From Lingula anatina (lineage: Eukaryota > Animalia > Brachiopoda): a DNA stretch of 64,000 bases. Shown piece after piece: positions 1-12,300 of the stretch. The notes beneath the pieces were generated by a model, which saw only the letters and a list, made by a program, of their open reading frames with translations, did no database searches and was not told where the DNA came from. How positions within the stretch are numbered: position 1 is the first letter of the stretch; the number at the start of each line of letters is the position of its first letter. The position numbers and the translations under genes are program-made. The stretch lies in NCBI GenBank assembly GCA_051362555.1, contig CM120640.1, forward strand, positions 12,524,001 to 12,588,000, written 5' to 3'.

Positions 1-3000
1 GTGTGATGTGATGGCAACTTGGAAACCATCTCCAACACCTGCAGTTGTATCCTGGCCACCTCCATCTTCTCTTCAAGCTCATGCAAAAACTCGCCCTCAT
101 TTGCAGAGCTGGTGCGCATGCTGGAGCTCTTAGCACACATGATTGCACGTGACAAGTATTCCAGTCTCTGTGGGAGAGGAATGTCCGTCCTGCAATATAA
201 AAATGGTGGTTTACGTATAATGGATTTTGTTTTGGTTCTGCTGCTTCAATTTAGTCCAAGAAATTGGTGCAGAAAAAAGGGTGAATTGTGCGTTTTTTAT
301 CTACAAGCATGAAATTTGCCACAGTTGTAGATAATGAAATTCTAAGCTTTTTTGGATATATGGGCATGTCTGAATATTCCAGTATGTCCTCCAAATCCAA
401 TATGGCCGCCACAAATACTCTTTTAAATTAAAACATCTAATATATAGTCCTAAAATGGTTTAAAATATCATTTTATAGCTGGAAAATATCATGCTATGAA
501 TGAATTATCAATATCCGCTTCTACAGGTGTATAGAATTCCAAAATGGCCTCCAAAAGTAAAATAAGCAGTTTAATTACGCAAAATATGCAGCAGTTTTGT
601 AAAATCATCAAGCACTTACAATTACAAGCATAAAAATTGGCACAGTTATGTAGAACATGATTCTAAGCAACGTTGGATATAGGGGCATGTCTGAAAATTC
701 CAATATGGCAGCCAATTTCAATATTGCCCCCAAAATACCCTTTCAAGGTGAAAGTTATTTGTATAGTCTTTTATAAAAATATCATTTAATGGTTAGAAAA
801 TACCATTGTATGTATGAAGTATCAGTATCTGCCACTTAAGGTTTTAAAATTCCAAAATGGCCTCCAAAAGTCAGCAGACCACAACTATTGAATTGTAATC
901 ACTCGTGAATAGGCATGTGGGCTTTGCAAACTACCTGTATAATCAGCATATTCCTACCTGTGCAGGAGCTATTCTACAGAGTTTTTAAAAAACCATCAAG
1001 CATGATACATTTATTATGTACTGAAAACAGTCCTTCTTTTGATAAACCAACATAAGTAGTTTGACTCTTTGCTCTGGATTCTCATTTAGATCAATTCCCA
1101 ATCTTCTTATATGGCACTCATGAGTGACTCCCCCTTTCTAAGAAAAAAAGTATCGTGCAAAATCCATAAAATATGAAAGAAACACCAGAATTACTTAGCC
1201 TTAAAGAGGCAAATATAAAAAACTTCGGGTGTACCAATTTTGTCTGTTGGTTATGATTCTTCAGCTAGATCAGTGCATGGCGCTTCATCAAATGCTCATA
1301 AATATAACAAAAATGACAGCTAATCAAACATACAGGTCTCACAATTTGGTGTTTTTCATTGGTAAAGTACTAAAAAGCGGGGCACATTTGCACTCGATAA
1401 TGTTATGATGTTATCGTGTGCTTCAAAAGTAAATTAGAAAAGCTTCTTATATAAAAAATTGGCTTTAGTACATTCGCAGTAATGGCTACCGAGAATTTAG
1501 TGGAAATTTATGAGCAAAGAAATACCTGTACCCCGTACCCCAAACAGAGGGCAGGTGTTGATACGTGTTGTATCCAAGAGTTGCATTGCAGGCTTCACAC
1601 TTCGTGCACTAAAAAAGAAGCACTGATAGGCGCCAAACTTTGGTTTTCATTTGATCATTTGGCAACTTGTTTAGTTACAAACCTATACTTTCAAAAAACT
1701 GAACATGAAAATAAAAGAATTAAAATCCTCCAGACTGTTAATACATACAAAACTTCAAAAAACGGTGTATTCTGAGCATTACACCAAGAAATTAGTGCAA
1801 TATGGACTTTGAAAGGTAAAAATTCATGAGATTTCCAGCATCATTGTCTCTGTGGGACAATCCAGAATGAAGCCATGAGGAGTATTCACTTACCCAGCTA
1901 ACAAAATCTACCAGGTAGCTCCTACCACATCTGTTTGTAGTTATGTGTGCAGTTGCTATGAGGGGAGTCAGAAGCATTGGAAGAATGGTCCTATAAGGGT
2001 TCACACTAGTAACCTACATCTACTAATATGCCCTACCACACTTTCATATTCCTATTGACCCTCATGCATGTAAACTGATGCTTTCTGGTGTTAAAAACGA
2101 CCAATGCCTCTTGGTATTTTGTTGGGGAAAGTGGATTACATGTAGGTGCTGTAGCTTTAAGGAAATACTGGGAAAGCTGATGGAAACACAACTACTAGTA
2201 AAGCTAGGCACACATTAATGAATGAAAATTATTTAACCAAATAAGTAGAAATTTCGGTGTAGTTAGCTTTTATCCTCTGTTGAGATATTGTCCATTTACT
2301 AAAGTAAAAGGTTGACCGCCCATAAAATGTGCAACACTTACTTGATAAAATAACATTCGTTAATTTGAAACTTATTTGTGAAAATACCTTGACATTTTCA
2401 TATCCTTGACATTAATAGAATTGCTGCATGTGGTGTCACAACTAGACCAAAAGGAGTCCTAGTCCATTTTTTATGGTCATTTGTGTCTAAATGTAACTAA
2501 AGGAGCGAAAAACCAAAAAAGAGTAAAGACTGTTGTCAGTCAGATTATATAGTAGTCTTTTTTTACTTTAAAAGGGTTTTAGTGGCCATATTAGAATATT
2601 CAGACATGTCCCTATATAACAAATTGCTTAGATTCCTGTTCTGTACAATTGAGCCAAGTGCATGATGAATTCACCATACTGCTGCTGTGAGTGGCCTGTT
2701 TTTCTTATTTTTGGAGGCCATTTTGGATTTCTATACATTTAAAGAATAAAATATTGATACTTCATGCATACCATAGTCTTTTCTAACCATAAAATGTTAT
2801 CTTAAGTTATTATAGGATTATATATACTTGAAGTTTTAATTTGAACGGGTATTTGTGTCGGCTATATTGGATTTGGGGGCCATATATTGAAATTTTTAGA
2901 CATGCTCATACATCCAAAAGTGCTTGGAATCCTGTTTTACAACTGTAACAAATGCCATGCTTGTAGTTTTTGATGAATTAACCACTCTGCTGGATATCTT

Positions 3001-6000
3001 GGATTAGTAGATACTTTTTACTATTGGCGGCCATTTTGGATTTAATACACCTAAAAAAGCACATATTGATTCTGAATTCATACCGTGGTGTTTTTTAACC
3101 TTTGTATGATATTTACGCCCTTAAAAGACTATATACTTGAAGTTTTAATTAGAAGCCGTATTTTTGGAGGCCATCTTGGATTTGAAGGCCATTTTTAAAT
3201 TTTCGGATATGCCCATACATCCAAACTTGCTCAGAATTTCATTTTCCACAAACCTGCCAAATTTTATGCTTGTAGTTTTAAGTGCTTGATGAATTCCCCA
3301 TTCAAATGGATATCTTGAATAAATGGTCTGCTTTTTTACTTTTGGTGGCCATTTTGGATTTGATACACCTGAAGGATTCATACCATGGTGTTTTCTAACC
3401 TTTATATGATATTTCAAGTCATTAGAAGACTATGTACTTGAAGTTTTAATTTGAAAAGGTATTTTGGTGGCCATATTGGATTTGACGGCCATTTTGGAAT
3501 TTTCAGACATGCCCATATATCCAAATTTGCTTAGAATTTCATTGTCCATAAGTGTGCCAAATTTCATGCTTGTAGGTAAAAAATGCACAATTTTTCACCA
3601 ATTTCCTGGACTAATTATTTTCTTTGCTTTCAAAAGTAATAAGCTAAACATGCTTTTAATATGTTGGCATATTGACAAATAACAATACATCTTTAAAAAA
3701 ATGGGTAAAAATGTCACACCCACCCTCTTCTCTCTGCCAGCTTGGCTTGTATCCTGGCAGCTGCAGTAAAGTTGCGTGTTTTCTCATAGTATTTCCACAG
3801 GAGATCCAGGGTGTCCAGGTTGTCTGGCTGGTAGTTGGCTGTCTGCTTTAAGTAAGTCTCCAAGAAAGGGGATTGAACCTGGCGTGGGAAAGAGAGGAAC
3901 AGAAAGCTGTAATTTTGAACAGTCTTTGGTGTCACAAAGTAAAACCCAAATAATAACAGAATCTGAAAATAATTTTGAAAATTCCCTGTAAACTTGCGCA
4001 CATTCTTCGTTTAAGTCCATAAACATTCGATAATTATATTTATTCTATATATCTCAGTTGTCCTTTTATCTGAACTATATTTGATCACATACCTCTAATA
4101 ATTTCTCTGTAAGATTCTCAGCTATGAGCCACTCATATAATGCAACATGGAACACTTCATCTTCTGATTTCAGGCACAATTTGAATACCTGCTCAGTCTG
4201 GAAGTATGAAATAGAGTAGCATTATGTGTATGGGCATATCCTACTGACCAAAAGGCACCACCCCCATTATGCTTGTCTATATGTTTAGTTTTAACTAACA
4301 ATAACAATACAGTGAAATGATAAAGGCAGATACTAAATTGCTAATTTGTAAAAATTATGAAAGCACTGCAGTTTCTTATCTAAACTTTCTCCTTACATAT
4401 TGCTCTGCCTCTGTGTTGGTCAGCCTGTGAGGGTCAGGGGCTGGAGGGGGGCCGGGAGATCTGGGGACACTTGGGGCCTGGGGGTGGGACATACTGGTTG
4501 ACAACAAGTAACTCAGCATCTCTGTAATGCACCTGTAGCAGTCCATCCTGTAAACAAATATCAACATTGCAATTAATTTTTATAGTTTGCAAGATGAAAT
4601 TGATCTTTTGAAGATGTATGAAAGGTTTCTTCTGCAAACTAATCCACTTTCAGTATTTAAACATGTTATAAGATGAAAATGTGAAATTCAGAAAATTCAA
4701 TTTAGCATCACCTTAGACTGAAAGCCTGCCACCCCTGTGTGTCCTCTGGCTGGGCACCATTCTTATAGTGATGAAGTGCTAGTCCCTGGGGGTCCCTCTT
4801 ACTGGCAGCCGTCAGACACAAGTCCACTATACCATCATAGTACCTAATGATAGAAATATAAAATATAACTAACAAATCATTCAAGTCAAAAAACAATATC
4901 TGGATAAAGGAGATCTTAATCTGAGTTCATTGTTTTAAAAGTTTGATGTCCTTACTCAGTAAACACACCAGGTTGTGACCATACCGAGTATGAGGGTATG
5001 ATATCAATATGGACAATTATCAGTCATAGACTGTACTGGGGTTTTATGCCTTATATCAACAGCCAATTCAAAATCTGGGCATTAGCTACTACAAAGTTCA
5101 TATTCACCTCATTCTGTGACTACAGGCAAGTCCAAACATACCTTACACTGCTCAGCTGTCCACACACTACAGGCAAGTCCAACTGCTGTGGGATCTGTTT
5201 ATACATCAGGAGAGCTTCTCTGAGCAAGCGATCTCTTTCATACTTGTTCTGAGTGATTTTTGCTGACTGAAGTAGCTCATTTGCCTTAAGAACACAAAAT
5301 GTTAGTGAAAAATATGCCTCTCACGTTATGAAGTTATCAATTCATAATCTTAGTGATAATAGCATAGGCGCTGTATTTCTGAAAATTCCAAACTTATCAC
5401 AATGTAAAATGTCATGAATGATGCAGTTAAAGAGCTAATTTTCAATCAAAACATATTTATACACACTTTGCAAAATAGCATTTGTTCTTTATTAAATGAA
5501 AATTACATTACTTTTCTGCAAAGATCACCTTGAGTATCTGCTTCAACTTACCTTGGATGCTACAGCATCTTCTGTACTGTACAAAGATGGACACACTTCT
5601 CTGAGCTTACTGCTGATTGCATCCGTGGTAGCATTGTCTCCTAGGTAACGCTTGATTAAGCAGCTGATGAGTGCACAACAGATCTGAAAATTGTAATTAG
5701 CACATCAACATCACCACTTGGCTATCTAGGCCAAGGCCAAACAGTTATTTTTAAATAATCCAGAATAACACCGAGGTGCAAGATGATGGCACAATGATAA
5801 CACATGTGCCTTGGTGAAAATAGAAACTCTAAGCCCAGTAACAACCGATCAAATCACCCTGAACTCACCTCTTTCCCATGTACTACAAAATTTTTAAAAG
5901 TCATGCTCCTGAGCTGGTTTTGTTGGTCCTGTGGACAGAGAAACAATATATATTTTGAAATTAGTTCTTAAATTTCTAAATCTAAAAAAGTTAAATCTGT

Positions 6001-9000
6001 CTCCTGCATGTTCTTGATGGTTTGTAGAACTTAGTAGTCAACAATCCTTCCTTCCTTTACCTTGAAATACAATCATAACACCAATTGAAAAAAATCAACA
6101 AATATACTGCAAAAAAAAAAAAAAAAAAAAAAAAAAAGAAATTCATAAAAGCCCTACTTGTGTTAATTCTCCTGCTACCACATGGAACTGGTGGTCACAC
6201 ACTATCTTCCACAGCCCCAGGACTTCACACATCCTCTCAATCAGCTGCTCCATCTGCTGTGTGGAGATCTTCTCTTGAGTCTGCAGCTCAGCTAAACACA
6301 GCAAAAAGGTTTTTATATGGACTCAGTGTCCCCTTAGTGGCACAATGCATTTTCATAATACAGAAAGGTCAATGAAAAAAACTTTTTGAACTTATTGAAA
6401 AAGATTCTGAACATACAAACGGTAGCCATGTATGTGGTAGTCAACTGGGTTAACCAAGAAGCCAGACTGACTCATTTAGTACTATTCTTATGCCAGTACA
6501 TACGACTAGGAGAAAACACTATAACTCTGAAATGGTAAATCACATATGCTGCTGCCACCCTGAGCTTCAGAGATAACTTGACACTAACCTCTTCACTATT
6601 AGCCTATCTTCATCGTGTCAAGTTATCTCTGACCACATTCGATTGCCTCCGCCGCCCGCCAATCAAATTTAAAGCCCGCACTCAATGACTCATTGAACGA
6701 TCTAGCCAATGAACGCGAACGAGTCAAAGCGCGCTTTGTTCAAATCCGGACCAATCAAAGATAAGGCTGAATATCAGGGACTTGCCGTAACCTGTGGGCA
6801 GCACGCAAAATACATCATCCCTCAGTAGATAATTATGCAGGGCATCAAACTGCTCTGGTTTCAATTCCGATATACTCCATGCTTTCTTTGTGTACGGTTA
6901 TGCACTCGGAACTACTCGGATGTCTCCGCACTCGACAATAACTATGTTGTTAGTATGGAGCTTGCGGAATCAGCCGAGGATTGCCGATTGACGGTCAACC
7001 AATCAGCGTTTTCACCAAACTTTGGTGAAAAATTTTGAAACATGGATTCGATTGGCTTATATAAACTAGGTCAAACTATTTTCGTCAGAGGTAACTTGAC
7101 ACGATGAAGATAGGCTAATAGTGAAGAGGTTAGTGTCAAGTTATCTCTGAAGCTCAGGGTGGCTGCTGCAGTACTGAACACACATTTCATATTTCAGTTT
7201 AATGCCCTAAATTGAGAATGATATTTTAAACATAAAATCCATTTAACCATATATGATGCACATATTCTCACCTTGATACCTGCGCCTGGCCTGCTCATCC
7301 ATGGCACCATCAGGTCTGGGGAGGGTACCCCTTGGAGTGAACCCTGGGGTCATGCTGTAATGGAAACACACCAAATTATTCTAGATATTTTGTGAGACAC
7401 TATTATTTTTTACGTAATGCACCATAAAGGAATTCATTATATCATTTCTTTAAAAAAATGCAACTTTAAAGCATATTCATAATCTTTTAGAAGCATACTA
7501 GATGCTTCACAGCAAGATACACATTGTGGATTCTCAGTTGTAAAAGCAACTGAAAATTCAATCTTTAAAAATTAAGAAAAAATTGTTTTAACTCATTTTC
7601 ATTACATTTTTATTAACAAACTCTATATAAATAACTGACACCAACTTGCTATTCACTGGAAGAAACTGGAATTTTTCTCTTTTCAAATAAAATTTACCTG
7701 TCTGTCATGACGGGAATGGTGAATTGTGAATGTGCCTGGATGAAATCATTTAGATCTGACAACTGCTCCGTAAACCAACCCAGGTCTTCACTGCTCAGGC
7801 GACTGCCAATCTGGAAGATAGGAACATAACTTATCTATAGTATAAGACGTAGACCTTTTATTTTGTATTAACGACATAAACATATAATAAAAGGCTCACA
7901 TTGCAGGGGTAATATTAAACTATTCATTACATGTCTGACATTGTCGAACACACTACTTTTTTTGTGAATTCTAGTGTTTAATGAGACAACCAAATAACAC
8001 TTACAATTTCTTTCTGTCCTTGCTTGCCTTGAACTGTGAAAGTGTTGACTACCCTATAGTCCCAGAGGGGTCTGCAAAAAAGAACCCAGAAATAATTTAA
8101 AAAACTGTTAAATATATATATATGCCATCAAAATTTTTCTTTTTTGAGAAAACGGCACACATCTGACTACTACATCTTTCAAAGATTTCATGCAGACCTT
8201 GCTATCAGTTCATATACATATACACTGATTTATTCAAGGCACTGAATCATGGGGATAAACCCATACTACAACCAAAAGAATAATTCATTGCACCCAATTT
8301 TACAGGATTGAGAAATGCCAAGTCACTTTTTATGGAATCTTACCGTACAATTCTCCCCACATATAGACACAGGCCATCATGTTTACCAGAGAACATCATT
8401 TCATGAGCCAAGCCACTGGTGAATGTTGACTGCTGCTGTTGTTGTTGTTGCTGTTGTTGTGGTTGTTGACCAAAACCACTTGTGATAGGTGTAGACATCT
8501 GATTAGGGTGCATCCCTAGGTAAGACAAAAAGATCATGAATTAGCACAAGGCATTTTTAAAAATCTGCTTTCGGGTTTTTCTATAAATCAGAAGCACATT
8601 GATTTTGTTGAAACTGCAAACAAAGCTGCAGAGTTTGTTGCCATGAAAGAGTTTCTAAACTTCAAGCACTGTAAAGATGATCAATAAGTGTATTAGCCAC
8701 ACATACACAGCAGCATGCATGCCTACCTGGTGCAGGAGTTGTGAAACCACTAAAGCTTGTCTGTCCGGGGCCTGGGGAAGCAAAGCCACTAGTGCCTGTT
8801 AACACAGCATGGTAAAAGCTCAAACAAACCATTTATTGTGCAACATACACACATAAGGTTTAATATGTAGTGCAAATATTTGGTTAAATTCTCATAATTC
8901 ATTTTGACATTCAAAGCTAGAAGAAAAAAATCACTGGATTATGACAAAAAATGCATGGTGTTGCATCATTCTAAAAAGCAACACTACATGGGAGACCCAA

Positions 9001-9327
9001 TGAATTAACCAATCTAACTAAAAAAAGCAAGACTAAAGGGGAGTCACAATGAATTAACCTTTCTAACTACAAATAACAATGATAATAGCATAATGAATGC
9101 AAAATGTCATGAGCTGAAAAGGCCCTTTGAAACTACTTTACAACTACTATATAAGGTACTAGCTTATACTAACCTAAAGTGCTAGTGTTGCCATGGAAAG
9201 TGGGTCCTATATTGCTTGGTGGTGGATTTCCCCCTAGGCTGCATTGGGCTTCTCCCCCATACAGGAAAAATGCCCTTGCAGCCCAGTCTGCAACCTAGTA
9301 GTAAACAACATTTTATATTTACAAAAA

Positions 9328-9388
<61 letters not shown>

Positions 9389-12300
9389 AAATATGCACTG
9401 TAGAAAAATTATGCCATCAAAGAAGTCATTATGATCTATTTATCATGAACACATCTATATCCTTTGTATTAACAACTGCAAAGCAATATTTTGATTATTT
9501 CAGATATATTCTGATAAGGATTTAAAATATACATATCATTGGTTTTCTCATTTTGACTTCTTGTACCAAGTAAATATTCTTGTCTCTAAACAAAGTTTCA
9601 TAAATCCTACCTGTTTGTCAACAGCAAGCTTGGAGCAGGCTAAGATGAGGCATGTAGCACAAGCCTGGTCAGCCTGGAAATATTGGGAAAAGGTTAAAAT
9701 ATTCATAAAGCATTTTTAGATAGCACAAAAAGCTACATACAAAATATAATATGGATTTTCATCCAAGTGTTGCGATTGTTAAACTGCTTACCCTGTGTAG
9801 TTTAAAGAAAGCCTTGACTTCTTCAGAGTCTGGTCCATTGTTATTTAACAACAGCTGTCTCAACTGGTCAACTGGACGTAGCTTGTTCATTAGATGGCTT
9901 CCCTAAGTAATCAAAGAAAATCAGTAGAGCTCATTTTTGTATCTAGTTTGTATTTAACAAAGTATAAGAAATAGAGAAGAAATTCCAACTGCATTTTTCT
10001 TATGAAATAATTTATGCTCACTGCAGGCTTACCATCATCAAAATAATTTCATACATCTTTACTGAACCTTGAAACCAAAACTAGCCATAAAATGATAAAA
10101 TCTCATAATATGATTCCTGACAAATAAATAATCTGTAGAATCATTGAAATATAATTCTCTTTAATATCATTCCCTATACATCACAGATTCATGGGTGAAA
10201 GCTGTAAAAACTGAAAATCCTGAAAACCTAGGTTGCAATGTCTCATTGCATTTAAACCATGTAAAAAATAGCTCTATCAAAATGAGCACCAAAAATCCTG
10301 AAACCAGGCATAATCCTGAAAAGTTTCACCCATACATCTTAACTATACCTGAGCAGTTAGCAGCACAAATCTCCTCACAGGTTCCATGTGTTGTGTGACC
10401 ACCAGAGGGGGGTCAATGGTAGGCATACCCAGGGGATCACTGGGTACCCCTAGTCCATACAGGGGGAGGGGGACCTCACATATAGCCCAGGTCCTGCCAT
10501 CTATAGGGGCAGAGGCAGTAGTTTCCATCAGCTGGGATTGGAAAGGAAAGGTGTCTGGACTGAGGGCCCACAACAGGTCATTATCCTCAGACTGGGAGGC
10601 TGCCAGGAGAAGGGTTCCTATTGGAAAAGTTGTCATCTTATATTCAACCATCACATATTGGGAATAAAATGTTATACATTGATAAACAACAGTGGCTTGA
10701 AAGTGGTTGTGAACAAATTACTAGATGACATTTAATAAAATGACTTCTAAGTAGCAACAAAATATGTTAACAGTGAGAATGGCAATATGAATAAATACGT
10801 AAATTTTACCTTATCTCAATATTTTAACATGATTATTTTGATATTAAAATCAAGTATGCATTAACTACAAATGTTTTCTTTCCTTTGCAAAAACACAAAA
10901 TCTAACCTCTTTTATAATGTGCCATGTGAGAGTTTGTTGGTCTTTGCTGTGTAGAAATGGCAGAAAATCCAGGAGGCAGGCGTACATGAAGGAGTGAAAG
11001 CATACTTGGGCGACTACGTGTCTCACCAAAGTAACAGGTAGTGAAATACAACCTTACACCTGAAATTTTCAATACAAATATTTCTTTATGTGATCGTGAT
11101 TTGTCAAAAGCATAAAAGTGAAAAATAAAATCAGATAAACTAATATAACAGAAGTATCATGAAGTAACATGACAATAAATTAATGTCAATATACATTAGA
11201 TACAATATACTGCAATTCATCCATATATTTGTGATAATGATGCTGTTGCCATAAAAAATTAATTACTTAGTGACAAAGAACAAAGCAGATCCAAACTCTA
11301 CCTGTATGTGTGACAGCAATTAGATGGACATTTGTTGACTCATTTCTTGTGACAGCTGCTATGTGGATTATAGGTTTAAAATTTGAACGATCAATTGTTC
11401 TGAAATAAATGGGAGAAAAAAAATGCCTCATATTAGAAAATCCATGCTACAGACTAAACACTGCATTGAAAATATTTCCAATTATGATCAGTATACTTTT
11501 GCATGGGCTAAGTTAGGTCTATAAAAACAGATTATTTTAATATGGCTAATGACACTTTATCTTCCTCTCATAGGCTGACAGGAGGAAATGGGTGAAAAAA
11601 ATCTTCCACTTACCTAGCTACTAAGGCAGCATTCTGTAAAATAGTTGTCTGTGTGATTGCAGCAACTCTGCTCATTCCCTGGCCATCCTCTCCCAAGTCA
11701 AACACCTGCAAAAATATCCCAAGTTCATGGTTTCTTCCCATAAAAACAATGTTGTTTCAATAAAAAATGTTTACTAAAAATTACTCACAATACAGTATTG
11801 AAATTTAAAAAATTCATTAAGCTGACATCGTTAACTTTCTCTGACCTGAATAGTGCCTTTTTCTGATCTTGTATATAGAATATGTCTGCTCTCATCTATA
11901 CTGATTTGGATAAGTGGATCTGGAATAAACAAATTAATGGAATTAACTGAAAAGTTTTTTCACTGTACCATATCTTTACCTTCAAATAATCAATTTTTCA
12001 CACACTATAATATATAAAATCCTTTTTCCACAAATAAATAAATTGATAAAAATTCAAATTCAAATAAAAAATAAATGAATAAAAAAGCCCACATAAATGG
12101 ACAAGGAACATGCAGCATGGCATCTCTTGCTAACATAATATTACCAAAGGCTTAAGATATTTCTAAGGTCAATACAATGGGTCAACTCATCAACTCACCA
12201 TCTTCAGCAAATGAGAAGTTTAAAAATGATGGCACCAGGAAGGACAGAGAGCTTGTAGAATGGTTGATCTTCCTGCATCTTCGACTGAACCAGCCATCCT

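Noticed and set aside
870-2580. Short ORFs (1482..1775, 1792..2004) in the foldback core as a transposase
   Set aside because: They are short, have no DDE or other recognisable motif, and are surrounded by stop codons.
6835-7038. 67-aa ORF inside the 606-bp MITE
   Set aside because: No recognisable homology; consistent with a chance ORF in GC-richer DNA.
8998-9070. Two copies of CAATGAATTAACC..TCTAACTA about 49 bp apart as a CRISPR-like array
   Set aside because: Only two imperfect copies in a eukaryotic intron; a simple local duplication.
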